A stretch of DNA of 64,000 bases from an uncultured Lewinella sp. (GTDB lineage: Bacteria; Bacteroidota; Bacteroidia; Chitinophagales; Saprospiraceae), in the NCBI GenBank assembly GCA_937949535.1, contig CALEDI010000108.1:4149-68148 (forward strand), in the 5' to 3' direction. Position numbers and translations under genes: made by a program. The notes beneath the pieces were generated by a model. It saw only the letters and a program-made list of their open reading frames with translations. It was not told the DNA's origin and did no database searches. This document shows positions 41,051-57,253 of this stretch, piece by piece (positions within the stretch are counted from its first letter, which is position 1; the number at the start of each line of letters is the position of its first letter).

Positions 41051-42472
41051 ATGCGTCAACTACTAGAAACCGACCAGAAAGCCCTCGAAATCAACCTGAA
41101 CCCCAAGATTTACGGAACCTTCGCCGAAATCGGGGCGGGGCAAGAAGTTGCTCGTTATTTCTTCCAAGTAGGCGCCGCTGCCGGTACGATTGCCAAGACG
41201 ATGAGCGCCTACGACAAGGTGTACTCCGACCAGATTTACGGCGTAGAGCCCAGCGGCCGCTACGTCTGCGAAAGCCGCATCCACAAAATGGTCGACCACG
41301 AATACGACCTGATGGTAGACCGCCTGCGCCACGACCGGCCAGATACCAACTTCTTCGTCTTCGCCGATACCATCGCCGCCATCAACTACAGCCGCACCAT
41401 TCCCGGAAACGGCTGGATGGGGCTTCGCTTCCAGCTCGACCCTACCGCCGGAACCTCCAACGATCTGCTCCTCCACGTCCGGATGCTCGACAACGACAAC
41501 CAGCTCCAACAGCAAGCCATCGGCATCCTAGGCGTCAACATGATCTACGGCGCTTACCACTACAACGACGACCCCGAAACCCTCGTCCAGAGCCTACTAG
41601 ACGGCTTGAAGGGCCGCGTTGCCATCGACATGATCGTTCTGGAAGGCGCAAATTTCAAGGACCTCGACAACCGCCTCCTCAGCCTCTGGCTCGTAAAACA
41701 CGGCCTCACCGAAGTAACCATGTTCGACCCTCGTGGCCGCTCCATCCACCCGTCGGAGTTCCTGTACCGCAAGTCCGTCATGGTCGTGCGCGGCAGCTTC
41801 CGCCCCCTGACGCTGGTGAACGAAGACATGCTCCGCTCCGGTTACCAGCAGTTTCGGGAGGCCAGCAAACAGGACCCCAACAAATGCTTCCTACTCACGG
41901 AGCTTACCCTAGACAACCTAAAGTCATCCGCTGAGCTCAACGAACGCGATTTCCTGCACCGCGCCAAGCTCCTCAACGAAATCGGCCAAACAGTCATCAT
42001 CTCCAACTACCACAAATACGGTGACCTGATCGAGTACCTAAGCCTCTACAAAGTCAGCCCCGTCGGCATCGTCCTCGGCGTCAACGACCTGCTCGAACTC
42101 ATCGCCTCTAAATACCGAGACAACCAAGACGGCCGCCTGCTGGCCGCCTTCGGCGAAATCTTCACCCGCAACGTGAACCTCTACGTCTACCCCGCCCAGC
42201 AGGAAGGCTCCGAAGAACTCATGACCGCCCAAAACGTTCCCATCCCCGAAGGCGTGAAGTTCCTCTACAAACACCTCCTCGACAGTGGCCAAATCGTGGA
42301 CATCAACAACTTCAAAGCCGAAAACCTCCACATCTACTCCCGCAATGTGCTCAACATGATCAAGTCTGGCGAAGAAGGCTGGGAAAAGCTCGTACCCGAA
42401 AAGGTCGCTAAGCTGATCAAAGAAGACAACCTCTTCGAGTACCCGAGCGAGAAGCTGGCGTTTGAGTATTAG
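41051..42472 (+). CDS. Conserved protein with a nucleotidyltransferase-like C-terminal region; function unclear
   Basis: KALEINL...YGTFAEIGAGQEVAR...KTMSAYD; RGSFRPLTLVNEDM; WEKLVP; soluble, no beta-barrel features. Confidence 0.75.
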   Translation: MRQLLETDQKALEINLNPKIYGTFAEIGAGQEVARYFFQVGAAAGTIAKTMSAYDKVYSDQIYGVEPSGRYVCESRIHKMVDHEYDLMVDRLRHDRPDTNFFVFADTIAAINYSRTIPGNGWMGLRFQLDPTAGTSNDLLLHVRMLDNDNQLQQQAIGILGVNMIYGAYHYNDDPETLVQSLLDGLKGRVAIDMIVLEGANFKDLDNRLLSLWLVKHGLTEVTMFDPRGRSIHPSEFLYRKSVMVVRGSFRPLTLVNEDMLRSGYQQFREASKQDPNKCFLLTELTLDNLKSSAELNERDFLHRAKLLNEIGQTVIISNYHKYGDLIEYLSLYKVSPVGIVLGVNDLLELIASKYRDNQDGRLLAAFGEIFTRNVNLYVYPAQQEGSEELMTAQNVPIPEGVKFLYKHLLDSGQIVDINNFKAENLHIYSRNVLNMIKSGEEGWEKLVPEKVAKLIKEDNLFEYPSEKLAFEY

Positions 42473-42592
42473 GCGTTCAGCGTTCATCCTGAAACTTGAC
42501 TTCAAACCTCTGAAACCTAACTTTTGCCCCCAGACAAGCTTCATTGGTCGATAATCAACATCGAACACAGGCGAATGTAGTAACTTCGTCCT

Positions 42593-43168
42593 ATGGCTAT
42601 TGATATCATCTGCCTGATCTTTTTGGCCTATGGCTTCTGGATCGGCTACAGCAAAGGAATAATCTCCACCGTTCTCACCCTTGCCAGCTACGTCTTTGGC
42701 GTGCTGGCGGCAATGAAGTTCGGGCCCATTTTAGGCGACATGATCTTCGGGTGGGCGCCCGCACTCACGTCCGTTGGGTCGTTCGTCATTGGTGTAATTG
42801 CGGTGTTCGTGATGACGCTGGTGCTTTTCCGCATCGTCGCAAAAGGGCTCACCAGCTTCCTGGAGAACATCAACATCAACTTCATCAACCAGATTCTAGG
42901 CGGCGTGCTTTCCGGGCTGTTTTTCACCTTCATCTTCTCTGGCCTCGTCTTTTTTGGCGACCAGAGCCGCATCATCACTGATGAGCTGCGCGCCAGCAGC
43001 ATCACCTACAACCCACTTACCCAGATTCGGGTAGCGGTTTGGGAACGCGGCAAAGACCTCTACCCCGTCTTCCGCGATTTCTACGACAAATCCGTAGACG
43101 CCATGGACCGCCTCCGCGACAACGTCGATAAGGGCGAAAGCGATTCTATTTTTGATTTGGAAGAGTAA
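42593..43168 (+). CDS. CvpA (colicin V production) family membrane protein
   Basis: IDII...GYSKGII..., NQILGG; 4 TM segments. Confidence 0.88.
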   Translation: MAIDIICLIFLAYGFWIGYSKGIISTVLTLASYVFGVLAAMKFGPILGDMIFGWAPALTSVGSFVIGVIAVFVMTLVLFRIVAKGLTSFLENININFINQILGGVLSGLFFTFIFSGLVFFGDQSRIITDELRASSITYNPLTQIRVAVWERGKDLYPVFRDFYDKSVDAMDRLRDNVDKGESDSIFDLEE

Positions 43169-43309
43169 GGGAAGAAAGGAGTAATGGGTTAAAGTAGGAA
43201 CATGAGCCTCCCCTTACTCCAACGGCGAAATCATGATGTGCGCTTATTTCCTTCATGGTGGGTCGTTTTGGTTTGAAGGTAGGGTAAATGGGGGAATTCG
43301 ATGTTGAGG

Positions 43310-44074
43310 TCAACACCATCCCGCAGTGTAAATAAACAGCATCCCGCTTTGCATATAAACCCGTACCTCTCCAAAGCTGCCGTTGAAAGAAAGTCCTCCG
43401 TCGGCTGCGATTGTCAGCAACATCGGTAGATGATCTTGACCTAACAGGATTTCTTCCCGCCCAGTTACGGCATACGCAACCCCTAGGAATTGAGCCGCGA
43501 TTAGGTAACCTTCGTTTATTGAGCCAATAGGGAAAACGAACAAGCTGTTTCCGCCCCCTTCCGTTTGTCTATGCGTAGCCACAACCCCATTGCGGTAATG
43601 GAATACACTTTGAGACCTTCCGTATTCCAGCGGGTTGTATCCGTGGAGAACCGTATCGGGCACTCCTCCAAGCTGCGTTAGCCAGCTTCCAATATTGATT
43701 CCGTTTACAGAACTCGCCTCCTTAGGTGTCGGGTAATGACTCAAGAATCCATTGTAAACGTATCCCGTATCTCCTTTGTAAACGACTTCTAGGTATGGCT
43801 CGTTCATCACGTATTCTTGTCCAGTGGTTTCTTCGTCTTCCCACTCGTAGGTAACCGTCGGTAAAGCCAGTACCTTACTACTGCGGCCTAGCTTACCCGT
43901 CACCCGAACTGCCTCACCATACGTTACTACCCCCATTCGCCTAGCATCCGCCTTCCCTTCGGAGCGGAAACTTAAGCCCGACTCTGCCCAGACATAACGA
44001 AGTTCAGCATTGAGTTGATGCTGCGCAGAAAGTGATCCAGTACAGAACACTAGGAGAATGAAAAGCAAGCGCAT
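43310..44074 (-). CDS. Secreted hypothetical protein with bacterial SH3-like N-terminal domain
   Basis: SAQ signal peptide; YVWAESGLSFR...YGEAV...GYVYNGFLS. Confidence 0.7.
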   Translation of the reverse strand: MRLLFILLVFCTGSLSAQHQLNAELRYVWAESGLSFRSEGKADARRMGVVTYGEAVRVTGKLGRSSKVLALPTVTYEWEDEETTGQEYVMNEPYLEVVYKGDTGYVYNGFLSHYPTPKEASSVNGINIGSWLTQLGGVPDTVLHGYNPLEYGRSQSVFHYRNGVVATHRQTEGGGNSLFVFPIGSINEGYLIAAQFLGVAYAVTGREEILLGQDHLPMLLTIAADGGLSFNGSFGEVRVYMQSGMLFIYTAGWC

Positions 44075-44139
44075 ATTCTATTATTTGCTGGTAAAGTTAG
44101 CGTTTCATCTCTCCCCTTATTAAAAGCCAAAAACACCAA

Positions 44140-45564
44140 TCACCCCAAAAACAACCCCTCCTCTCCCAAAACCCGCCCAACCAGTCCCAAACTGTACTTA
44201 TTTTCCTTAAAGCCACCACTGACGATGAGCGTCAAAATTACCTGATCTTTAGTTTTGCTGTACTGCTCAAACAGTTGAACCCGTCTGCGCAGTTGTCCGG
44301 CGGAAGCTTCTGTTAGCGCGAGTTCGTTTTTGTGAAACTTGATCTCAAAAAGATTAATTACACCGTCCGCCCGCTCCAGTAGCATATCAACCTGAACGCC
44401 CGGTGCATCCTCAGTGCCTCGGTGCGCGTAGGAATAGGTAGTGGTGTATACCCCACTGATGTTCAGCGCTTTCTTGATCGAGGAGATGTGCTTCATGCAC
44501 ATACTCTCGAACGCATAGCCGCCCCATACTTTATAGGTAGCCAGTTGGCTCATTTTTAGCCAAGTACCTACCCCAGACAACTGGTTGTTCTCAATAAACC
44601 GCAGGTAAAAAAGCGAATATTCATCAATCAAACGGTAAATCTTTCCCTTCTTCTTCTTCCCAAACGGCACGAACGAACGGATGAAATCAGACTGCTCCAA
44701 CTCCTCAAGCACCCGCGTCGCGGTGCCACTGTTCGGAGTGTTTGAATTAGCGATGATATCAACCCTACTAAGGCCACGCGGATGCTCCGCCAGCGTACGT
44801 ACTACTTCAATGTGGTAATGGGCATCGTCGAACAAGGCAGGATATAAGCGAGAGAACTCCTCCCGCAGCAGCCCCGTATCCGAGAAGCACAGTTTATCAA
44901 TCGCTTCCGCAACGCTTCGCCCGGGTTCAACATCTTCAAGGTAAAGCGGTATTCCACCCAAAGCCATATAGAGCTGAAAAATCTGATAGCGGGTGAAGCT
45001 AATGTGTCTGCTCTCCAAAAAGGCTTCCGTCTCCAGCAGCGTGAACGGTTTAAGGTGAAGGTACCGCGTCACGCGGTTATGGAGCCCGCCTTTGTCGTTG
45101 ATAACCTTATTGATGATCCAGGAAGAAACCGAACCGCAAAGCACTACCACGATATTTTGCCGCGCCGCCCAGTCGTTCCAGAAGTGCGCCAAGTAATCCA
45201 GGAAATCGCTCTCTGGCGCAGCCAACCAAGACAACTCATCAAAGAACAGCACCAGCTTTTTACCTTCTTCGAGCTTAGGTTCCAGCACCAGTCTCAACTG
45301 AAAGAAGGCATCCAACCAGTCTTTGATCTCTGGCAGTTCACGCCCAGCCAACAATGAGAGTTTATTAGAAAAGGTACGAACCTGTCGTTCCGCGCTCGCA
45401 TGACGAATCCCCGTCTGCTGAAAAACCAAATGGTCTCCCAAAACTTCATTCACCAGAAAGGTCTTACCAACCCTTCTACGGCCAATTACCGCAACCATCT
45501 CTCCCCTATCAGATGATAATGCTTCTTCTAAAGCCTTTCTCTCTTCCAACCTACCTATTAGCAT
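44140..45564 (-). CDS. Archaeal-ATPase-type P-loop ATPase + wHTH + C-terminal PD-(D/E)XK nuclease-like domain
   Basis: GRRRVGKT, FFDE, LCGS, GGIPLYL; C-terminal QVDMLL...LFEIKF. Confidence 0.88.
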   Translation of the reverse strand: MLIGRLEERKALEEALSSDRGEMVAVIGRRRVGKTFLVNEVLGDHLVFQQTGIRHASAERQVRTFSNKLSLLAGRELPEIKDWLDAFFQLRLVLEPKLEEGKKLVLFFDELSWLAAPESDFLDYLAHFWNDWAARQNIVVVLCGSVSSWIINKVINDKGGLHNRVTRYLHLKPFTLLETEAFLESRHISFTRYQIFQLYMALGGIPLYLEDVEPGRSVAEAIDKLCFSDTGLLREEFSRLYPALFDDAHYHIEVVRTLAEHPRGLSRVDIIANSNTPNSGTATRVLEELEQSDFIRSFVPFGKKKKGKIYRLIDEYSLFYLRFIENNQLSGVGTWLKMSQLATYKVWGGYAFESMCMKHISSIKKALNISGVYTTTYSYAHRGTEDAPGVQVDMLLERADGVINLFEIKFHKNELALTEASAGQLRRRVQLFEQYSKTKDQVILTLIVSGGFKENKYSLGLVGRVLGEEGLFLG

Positions 45565-45663
45565 TTGGCATATTTTCACCAAATATACCTCTAATTAGTC
45601 ACATTTAGTACAATTCAACCAAATCCACTTCAAAACAATAATTTTTGGCATATTTTAACCAAA
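45564..45663. promoter_or_regulatory. Three 20-bp quasi-palindromes TTTGG-N10-CCAAA at exact 40-bp period
   Basis: 45564-45583, 45604-45623, 45644-45663; the first touches the ATG and the -7 element TATATTTG (45580-45587). Confidence 0.75.
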
Positions 45664-45720
45664 AGCATCAATAATCCCGAAGGGATGTTTAGCGTAACGA
45701 GGGGGTGCAACCTACAAAAA

Positions 45721-45751
45721 AACGCCCTACCAACAATGTCAGCAGGGCGTT
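45721..45751. terminator. Intrinsic terminator after rpoC
   Basis: AACGCCCT...AGGGCGTT with flanking A/T runs. Confidence 0.75.
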
Positions 45752-45757
45752 TCTTTT

Positions 45758-45885
45758 ACTCCCCCTTTGGGGGTTGGGGGGCCACTCCCCCTTTGGGGGT
45801 TGGGGGGCCACTCCCCCTTTCGCGGTTGGGGGCCTTCTCCCCCTTTCGGGGCCGGGGGGCCACTCCCCCTTTGGGGGCCTGGGGG

Positions 45886-45888
<3 letters not shown>
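45758..45888. repeat. Five tandem 26-bp family-P units ACTCCCCCTTTGGGGGTTGGGGGGCC
   Basis: Units start at 45758, 45784, 45810, 45836, 45862; the last overlaps the rpoC TAG. Confidence 0.95.
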
Positions 45889-50262
<4,374 letters not shown>

Positions 50263-50288
50263 ATTTCGTTTTATAAGGAGGCTTTGAG

Positions 50289-50474
50289 GGCGCGGCCGCA
50301 GGTGCGGAGTAAAGGATGAAGGAGCAAGAGATGAAGGGCTTGGGGTAATACCCTTTACCTTTCTTTGCCACTTAACTTACCCGGCACCTGCGTTCGCGCC
50401 AAAAAAGCTGTCTTTAAATTAATCCGCTCCTCCGTCTGAGAAACGCTTGTCCCCCCATTGGGAGCTAGGGGGCT
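50289..50474. repeat. Family-A inverted pair (50289-50305 / 50384-50400) plus one family-P copy (50450-50474) in the rpoB-rpoC spacer
   Basis: Read directly. Confidence 0.85.
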
Positions 50475-53400
50475 TTAGTCAAACTTAACGTCCAGCGCCA
50501 AGCCGCGAAGCTCGTGTACCAATACGTTGAATGACTCCGGAATATTCGGCTCCGGCAGGTTATCCCCTTTCACGATGGCCTCGTAAGCCTTCGCACGTCC
50601 TTGGATGTCGTCCGACTTGATCGTCAGTAACTCCTGAAGGATGTTTGCCGCGCCGAAGGCCTCCAGTGCCCAAACTTCCATCTCGCCGAAGCGCTGGCCA
50701 CCAAACTGTGCCTTACCACCCAGCGGCTGCTGCGTAATGAGGGAGTATGGGCCGATGGAACGGGCGTGCATCTTGTCGTCAACCATGTGGCTGAGCTTGA
50801 GCATGTAGATCACACCTACCGTAGCGAGCTGGTGGAAACGGTCGCCCGTTTCGCCGTCGTAGAGGTAAGTTTGGCCGAGGCTCGGCAGCTTAGCTTGCTG
50901 GATGTACTCCTCGATTTCCGCCTGGCTAGCACCGTCGAAGATCGGCGTACCGAACTTCATGCCGAGCTTCTCGCCCGCCCAACCAAGGACGGTCTCGAAG
51001 ATCTGCCCCAAGTTCATACGCGATGGTACACCAAGTGGGTTCAGGATGATGTCAACAGGCGTTCCGTCTTCAAGGAAGGGCATGTCTTCATCACGAACGA
51101 TGCGGGATACAATTCCTTTGTTACCGTGGCGGCCGGCAAGTTTATCGCCCACTTTCAGCTTACGCTTCTTAGCGAGGTACACCTTGGCCAACTTGAGTAC
51201 GCCAGCCGGGAGTTCGTCACCCACGCTGATGTTGAAGCTTTCACGCTTGTAACGACCAACTTCCTCGTTCACCTTGATGCTGAAGTTGTGCAGCAGACGG
51301 GCGATGAGGCCGTTGAGGTCGTCGCTAGTAGTCCAGCCACTGTAATCAATGCTTGTGTAGTCGAGATCGCGGAGCAAAGATTGCGTGAACTTCTCACCTT
51401 TCGGCACTACAGACTCGCCGTAGATGGTGTTCACACCTTGGCTTGCACGGCCACGAACCAGCTTGTCGAGTTTGTCGACGAGCAAGGTCTTCAGCTTGTT
51501 GAGGTTCACTTTGTGCTCATCCTCTAGCTTCTGGAGCTTGACTTTCTCGGCGTCTTTCTGGGCTTGGTCTTTTTTCGTCTTAGAAAAGAGGTCCTTGCCA
51601 ATTACGACACCTTTGAGGGATGGGCTGGCTTTCATCGAAGCGTCCTTCACGTCTCCGGCTTTATCACCGAAGATGGCGCGGAGGAGTTTCTCTTCCGGCG
51701 TCGGGTCAGATTCGCCTTTCGGCGTGATCTTACCGATCAGGATGTCACCTTCCTTTACCCAAGCTCCGACGCGGATTACGCCGTTCTCGTCGAGGTCTTT
51801 GGTCGCTTCCTCAGAAACGTTGGGGATGTCGTTGGTCAGTTCTTCCTCGCCCAGTTTGGTGTCGCGCACGTCCATTTCGAAGTGCTCGATGTGTAGGGAG
51901 GTAAATACGTCTTCGCGCACTACTCGTTCGCTCAAAACGATGGCGTCCTCGAAGTTGTACCCTTTCCAAGGCATGAAGGCAACCTTCATGTTCTGGCCAA
52001 GGGCAAGCTCACCTTTTTCAGTAGCGTAGCCGTCACAGAGGATTTGGCCCTTCTTCACCTTCTGCCCGCGCTTAACGATTGGCTTCAGGTTTACACAAGT
52101 ACCTTGGTTGGTCCGGAGGAACTTGATGAGGGTATAGGTAACGAGGTCGTCCTCGAAAGAAACCAAGCGGTCTTCGTCGGTACGCTCGTAACGAACAATG
52201 ATCTCGTTGGCGTCAACGTATTCTACCACACCATCGCCTTCTGCGTTCACGAGCATGCGGCTGTCTCGGGCTACCTTGCCTTCGAGGCCCGTACCCACGA
52301 TAGGGCTGGCGGGGCGAAGCAGGGGAACGGCCTGGCGCTGCATGTTCGAGCCCATGAGGGCACGGTTGGCATCATCGTTCTCCAAGAAAGGAATCATGGA
52401 AGCCGACACACCAACAATTTGGTTCGGGGCAACATCCATAAACTCCAAGTCTTCCGGAGCAAGAACAGGGAAGTCACCGTGGTCACGAGCTTTGATTTCG
52501 CTATTGACGAAAGCGCCCTGCTCCGTGATCGGAGAGTTCGCCTGAGCAATCTTTTTAAAATCTTCGCCTTCGGCACTCAGGTAGATCGGATCGCCATCCA
52601 TCACCACTTGCGCGTCCTTTACGGCGCGATAGGGCGTTTCCAGGAAGCCCATCTTGTTCACTTTGGCGTGGACACAGAGGGTAGAGATCAAACCAATATT
52701 CGGTCCTTCTGGTGTTTCAATCGTACACAGGCGGCCGTAGTGGCTGTAGTGAACGTCTCGAACCTCGAAGCCCGCACGCTCACGGCTCAGACCACCAGGT
52801 CCGAGAGCAGAGATACGACGCTTGTGCGTGATCTCAGAGAGTGGGTTCGTCTGGTCCAAAAACTGGCTCAGCTGGCTAGTACCGAAGAAAGAGTTGATTA
52901 CGCTGGAGAGGGTCCGGGCGTTGATGAGGTCGATCGGGGTGAAGACCTCATTATCACGGACGTTCATGCGCTCGCGGATCGTACGCGCCATCCGGGCCAG
53001 ACCTACGCCAAACTGGGCGTAGAGCTGCTCGCCTACCGTACGAACACGGCGGTTGCTCAGGTGGTCGATATCATCAATCTCAGCGCGCTGGTTCATCAAG
53101 GCGACCAAGTACTTAACGATGGCGATGATGTCCTCCTTAGTGAGTACCAAGGTTTCGTCGTCGGTGCCAGCGTTTAGTTTGCGGTTGATCTTGTAGCGGC
53201 CTACTTCGCCAAGGTTGTAGCGCTTGTCGGAGAAGAACAGCTTATCGATGATGCCTCGTGCGGTTTCTTCATCGGGCGGGTCACTGCCGCGAAGCTGACG
53301 GTAGATGTACTGAACGGCTTCGATCTCGCTCGAAGACGGGTCTTTCTGGAGCGTGTTGTAGATGATGCTGTAGTCCATACCAACGTCTTCCTTCTGGAGG

Positions 53401-54299
53401 ATGACGTTCTCGATGCCTTCGGCTTCGAGGATGAACTCGATGTTCACATCCGTCAGTACGGTATCACGCTCAAGGATGATCTCGTTACGCTCAAGGATCA
53501 CGAGCTCGCCCGTGTCTTCATCGACGAAATCTTCCGTCCAAGCGCGGAGCACACGGGCGGCGAGTTTACGGCCGATGGCAGCGGAGAGTGCCTCTCGGGT
53601 GTTGGCGACTTCGTCGGCTAGGCCGAAGAGGTCAAGGATCGACTTATCACTGTCGAAACCGATAGCGCGCAGCAGCGTCGTTACCGGGAATTTTTTCTTA
53701 CGGTCGATGTAAGCATACATGACCGTGTTGATGTCGGTGGCAAATTCCATCCACGCTCCCTTGAAAGGAATTACGCGGGCGGAGTAAATCGCCGTACCGT
53801 TGGGGTGGAAGTTTTGACCGAAGAACACCCCTGGAGAGCGGTGCAACTGAGATACGATGACGCGCTCGGCTCCGTTGATCACGAAGGTGCCTTTGGGCGT
53901 CATGTAGGGGATGTTTCCGAGGAATACATCCTGCTCGATGGTCTGGAAGTCTACGTGCTCTTCGTCGTTACAGCTCAAACGAAGCTTGGCCTTCAGCGGC
54001 ACGCTGTAGGTCAGGCCACGCTGCATACACTCAGGGATGGTGTAGCGAGGCGGATCGACGAAGTAGTCGAGAAATTCGAGGTTAAAGATGCTCCGGGTGT
54101 CGGAGATGGGGAAATTTTCCTGGAATACCCGGTACAAACCTTCCAAAGCCCGATTTTCTGGCGTTGTTTCCAGTTGGAAAAATTCCTGGAATGATTTGAG
54201 TTGGATTTCTAGTAGATCAGGGGAGTGATCAGTCAGCTTAATTTTACCGAAGCTTACCCGTTGTTCTTCAGCATTAAGGATCTGGCCGTTTGACGTCAT
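50475..54299 (-). CDS. rpoB: RNA polymerase beta subunit
   Basis: [50 protein letters not shown]; start MTSNG assumed. Confidence 0.99.
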   Translation of the reverse strand: MTSNGQILNAEEQRVSFGKIKLTDHSPDLLEIQLKSFQEFFQLETTPENRALEGLYRVFQENFPISDTRSIFNLEFLDYFVDPPRYTIPECMQRGLTYSVPLKAKLRLSCNDEEHVDFQTIEQDVFLGNIPYMTPKGTFVINGAERVIVSQLHRSPGVFFGQNFHPNGTAIYSARVIPFKGAWMEFATDINTVMYAYIDRKKKFPVTTLLRAIGFDSDKSILDLFGLADEVANTREALSAAIGRKLAARVLRAWTEDFVDEDTGELVILERNEIILERDTVLTDVNIEFILEAEGIENVILQKEDVGMDYSIIYNTLQKDPSSSEIEAVQYIYRQLRGSDPPDEETARGIIDKLFFSDKRYNLGEVGRYKINRKLNAGTDDETLVLTKEDIIAIVKYLVALMNQRAEIDDIDHLSNRRVRTVGEQLYAQFGVGLARMARTIRERMNVRDNEVFTPIDLINARTLSSVINSFFGTSQLSQFLDQTNPLSEITHKRRISALGPGGLSRERAGFEVRDVHYSHYGRLCTIETPEGPNIGLISTLCVHAKVNKMGFLETPYRAVKDAQVVMDGDPIYLSAEGEDFKKIAQANSPITEQGAFVNSEIKARDHGDFPVLAPEDLEFMDVAPNQIVGVSASMIPFLENDDANRALMGSNMQRQAVPLLRPASPIVGTGLEGKVARDSRMLVNAEGDGVVEYVDANEIIVRYERTDEDRLVSFEDDLVTYTLIKFLRTNQGTCVNLKPIVKRGQKVKKGQILCDGYATEKGELALGQNMKVAFMPWKGYNFEDAIVLSERVVREDVFTSLHIEHFEMDVRDTKLGEEELTNDIPNVSEEATKDLDENGVIRVGAWVKEGDILIGKITPKGESDPTPEEKLLRAIFGDKAGDVKDASMKASPSLKGVVIGKDLFSKTKKDQAQKDAEKVKLQKLEDEHKVNLNKLKTLLVDKLDKLVRGRASQGVNTIYGESVVPKGEKFTQSLLRDLDYTSIDYSGWTTSDDLNGLIARLLHNFSIKVNEEVGRYKRESFNISVGDELPAGVLKLAKVYLAKKRKLKVGDKLAGRHGNKGIVSRIVRDEDMPFLEDGTPVDIILNPLGVPSRMNLGQIFETVLGWAGEKLGMKFGTPIFDGASQAEIEEYIQQAKLPSLGQTYLYDGETGDRFHQLATVGVIYMLKLSHMVDDKMHARSIGPYSLITQQPLGGKAQFGGQRFGEMEVWALEAFGAANILQELLTIKSDDIQGRAKAYEAIVKGDNLPEPNIPESFNVLVHELRGLALDVKFD

Positions 54300-54572
54300 T
54301 AGCAGTTTTCCTTTATATTTGGCCCAGTGCTCATTCGTCCGCGGTGAACAAGAACTGAGGGATTTTGAGGTTTCCGGACTCAACTGTCCGGGCGGGGTTG
54401 GGGATCGCGAATAGATAAGACAATTCTCGGTCCCGAAAAGTTTTGCTTTTCAGCAATTCTTTATACGCAAAAAGCCCAGCAAGACGTGAGCCGCCCGCTA
54501 AGCTGTACAAAAAACGTTCTTTACGCCTTTTGCCAGGTAGCAGCCGCCGAAGTTGGCGGCTATGAAAGAAGA

Positions 54573-54608
54573 AGCAAAGGGGCAACACCGAGGTGTTGCC
54601 CCCTGCTT
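54573..54608 (-). terminator. Hairpin/attenuator between rplL and rpoB
   Basis: GGGGCAACAC-CGAG-GTGTTGCCCC. Confidence 0.7.
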
Positions 54609-54634
54609 GATCTTTTTGGTGAACTAGACCTGAA

Positions 54635-55012
54635 TTACTTCAGCTCAACCGTAGCACCTGCCTCTTCGAGAGCAGCTTTGATGCTTTCGGCTTCGGCTTT
54701 TTCTACACCGGCCTTGATTACGGTTGGAGCACCGTCAACAAGTTCCTTAGCCTCTTTGAGGCCTAAGCCGAGAAGGGTCTTAACTTCCTTCACCACCTTC
54801 AGCTTGCTGCCACCGGCAGATTGCAGTTCGATGTCGAAGTCGGTCTTAGCAGCAGCACCACCTTCGTCACCGCCTCCGCCTCCGCCAGCAACGGCAACGG
54901 CAGCAGCAGCGGGCTCGATGCCGTACTCATCCTTCATAATAGTTACGAGCTCTGTTACCTCCTTGATGGTTAGGTTAACTAGAGATTCGGCGATTGTTTT
55001 TACATCAGCCAT
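54635..55012 (-). CDS. rplL: 50S ribosomal protein L7/L12
   Basis: [23 protein letters not shown]. Confidence 0.99.
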   Translation of the reverse strand: MADVKTIAESLVNLTIKEVTELVTIMKDEYGIEPAAAAVAVAGGGGGGDEGGAAAKTDFDIELQSAGGSKLKVVKEVKTLLGLGLKEAKELVDGAPTVIKAGVEKAEAESIKAALEEAGATVELK

Positions 55013-55091
55013 AATAAAAAAGTATTTAAAAATGATTTACGAGTAGTATCGCGTATATCAGCTTGGAAGCCAAATTAATTGAGAATTTTCG

Positions 55092-55195
55092 ATTCAACAT
55101 TTAGCATTTAAAATTTAGCTGCCGCTATTAAAAGCTTGCTGCGCTCGTGGCGACAGCGTACCCTGCGGGTAAATTTTCAATGCTAAATATTGAAT
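55092..55195. repeat. Inverted repeat (26-bp AT-rich arms, 24/26) around a GC-rich core in the rplJ-rplL spacer
   Basis: 55092-55117 vs 55170-55195. Confidence 0.75.
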
Positions 55196-55215
55196 TAAAA
55201 ATTTTAAATGAGGGC

Positions 55216-55746
55216 CTAGCCCTCCCGCTCTTCGAGCGTCTTAAGCAGCCCAGCCACTTTTGAACCTCCGCTATTGAGGGCACCAAGCAAGTTCTGCATT
55301 GGGCTCTGGAGAAGGGTGAGAACATCGGAAAGCATTTCCTCACGAGACTTCAGCTTGGCGAGTGCGTTAAGCTGCTCATCTCCGGAGTAAACGGAACTTG
55401 CGATGTAGGCTGCTTTGAGGATGGGGCGCTCACCATCTTCACCACGGAATTCCTTGATGACTTTGGCGGGAGCGTTCGCTACCTCGGTGAATAGAAGGGC
55501 CGTAGGGCCTTTCAGTGCGTCGAATACGGCTTTGTAGTTGCCTTCCTCGGGCAGTTGCTCGAGGGCCTTGATGGCAAGGGTATTCTTAACGACCTGCATG
55601 GAGATTCCTTTTTCAAAGAATTTGCCGCGCAATTCGGTTGTTTTTTCAGCGGTGAGGGTAGAAGCATCCGTGATGTAGAAGAACTCATTGTTCTCAAACT
55701 TCTGCTTCAGTTGCTCGATGGCCGCCGCTTTATCTGTCTTAGTCAT
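55216..55746 (-). CDS. rplJ: 50S ribosomal protein L10
   Basis: VVKNTL, GPTAL, KAAYI; operon position. Confidence 0.98.
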   Translation of the reverse strand: MTKTDKAAAIEQLKQKFENNEFFYITDASTLTAEKTTELRGKFFEKGISMQVVKNTLAIKALEQLPEEGNYKAVFDALKGPTALLFTEVANAPAKVIKEFRGEDGERPILKAAYIASSVYSGDEQLNALAKLKSREEMLSDVLTLLQSPMQNLLGALNSGGSKVAGLLKTLEEREG

Positions 55747-55768
55747 TATAAGTTAGTTTGAGGGACGG

Positions 55769-56461
55769 TTAAGCAATGGTTTTCGGATCGACCTTGATGC
55801 CCGGGCTCATCGTAGAACATACGACGACGGACTTCATGTAGGTGCCTTTGGCGCTGGAAGGCTTCATGCGAACCAGCGTGCCGAGGAGCTCGTTGGCGTT
55901 GTCCAGCAGTTGCTCAGGCGAGAAGCCTACGCGGCCAATGCTAGAGTGGATGATGCCGAACTTATCCACACGGAAAGCGATCTTACCGCCTTTTACGTCT
56001 GTGATTGCCTGCGCAACGTCCATCGTTACCGTACCGGTCTTGGGGTTAGGCATGAGGCCACGAGGACCGAGTACCCGACCGAGACGACCAACCTTGGCCA
56101 TCGTTTGTGGCATAGCGACAACGACGTCGAAGTCGGTCCAGCCATCGGTTACTTTAGAGACCATATCGTCGAGACCGACGAAGTCGGCGCCAGCGTCGAG
56201 TGCTTCCTGCTCTTTGTCTGGGGTTACGAATGCGAGTACACGCTTGGTTTTACCCGTGCCGTGGGGCAGGGTTACGGTGCCACGCAGTGCTTGGTCGGCC
56301 TTACGGGGGTCGATACCGAGGCGTACGTGTACGTCTACGGATGCGTCGAATTTAGCGGTATTCACCTGCTTAACGAGTGCCATGGCATCGTTGAGTGTGT
56401 ACTGCTTTTCGGCGTCGACCTTACCTTCGGCGGCTTTCCGCGCTTTGCTAAGTTTAGCCAT
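55769..56461 (-). CDS. rplA: 50S ribosomal protein L1
   Basis: [23 protein letters not shown]; start MAKLS. Confidence 0.99.
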   Translation of the reverse strand: MAKLSKARKAAEGKVDAEKQYTLNDAMALVKQVNTAKFDASVDVHVRLGIDPRKADQALRGTVTLPHGTGKTKRVLAFVTPDKEQEALDAGADFVGLDDMVSKVTDGWTDFDVVVAMPQTMAKVGRLGRVLGPRGLMPNPKTGTVTMDVAQAITDVKGGKIAFRVDKFGIIHSSIGRVGFSPEQLLDNANELLGTLVRMKPSSAKGTYMKSVVVCSTMSPGIKVDPKTIA

Positions 56462-56537
56462 AATAAAATAATGTTTGAGGTAAATGACGCACACCATCTG
56501 GATGGCGTGCTCCCTGCGAGATAATTTGTGTTAGTGG

Positions 56538-56635
56538 GGCGCTAAACGCGGGTGCAAAACTTGTTGAAGCAGTTCGGACCAGCGTTTTAGTTCGAGACAA
56601 AACCCTAAACCTTTTCTTGCACCTGCGGCCGCGCC
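56538..56635. repeat. Family-A inverted pair in the rplK-rplA spacer
   Basis: 56538-56557 (degenerate) and 56617-56635. Confidence 0.8.
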
Positions 56636-56651
56636 TATAATCAGGACTTGC

Positions 56652-57098
56652 TTACGCCTCGTATGGAGACTGACCGCCCTCGATGGTGATGCCCATAGAA
56701 CGAGCCGTACCAGCAACCATCTTCATGCCGCTTTCTACGGTGAAGCAGTTGAGGTCAACCATTTTGCTTTCAGCAATGGCACGAACTTGGTCCCAGCTCA
56801 CTTTTGCCACCTTGATCCGGTTAGACTCCTTAGAGCCGCTCTTGATCTTGGCAGCTTCCATCAACTGGATCGCTGCGGGTGGCGTCTTGATGATGAAGTC
56901 GAAAGACTTGTCTTTGTAAACGGAGATGATCACCGGAAGGACTTTGCCCTGCTGATCCTGTGTTTGCGCGTTGAAACGCTTACAGAATTCCATGATGTTC
57001 ACACCTTTCGCACCAAGTGCGGGACCGACCGGAGGAGCGGGGTTCGCTCCGCCACCGCGGACCTGAAGTTTAATCTGTACGTCTACTTCCTTAGCCAT
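56652..57098 (-). CDS. rplK: 50S ribosomal protein L11
   Basis: [20 protein letters not shown]. Confidence 0.99.
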   Translation of the reverse strand: MAKEVDVQIKLQVRGGGANPAPPVGPALGAKGVNIMEFCKRFNAQTQDQQGKVLPVIISVYKDKSFDFIIKTPPAAIQLMEAAKIKSGSKESNRIKVAKVSWDQVRAIAESKMVDLNCFTVESGMKMVAGTARSMGITIEGGQSPYEA

Positions 57099-57217
57099 GA
57101 TAGCTTATTTGTGTCGTGCTGACGAGGGCAATATAGTTTCACCGCTCTCCGACGTGGGGATTTTTTAAAATGTAAAAAGCCAACCCGTAGGGACGGGCAG
57201 AGGCTATTTTCGGCCTG

Positions 57218-57247
57218 CAAAGGTAAGCAAATATTTCTATTTACAAA
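57218..57247 (-). promoter_or_regulatory. rplK promoter (TTTG-N18-TACCTTTG)
   Basis: Bacteroidota -33/-7 consensus. Confidence 0.7.
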
Positions 57248-57253
57248 AAATAA

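Noticed and set aside
43278-43288. Third GGTAGGGTAAA box
   Set aside because: It lacks the AGGGATT second box and points at no gene start.
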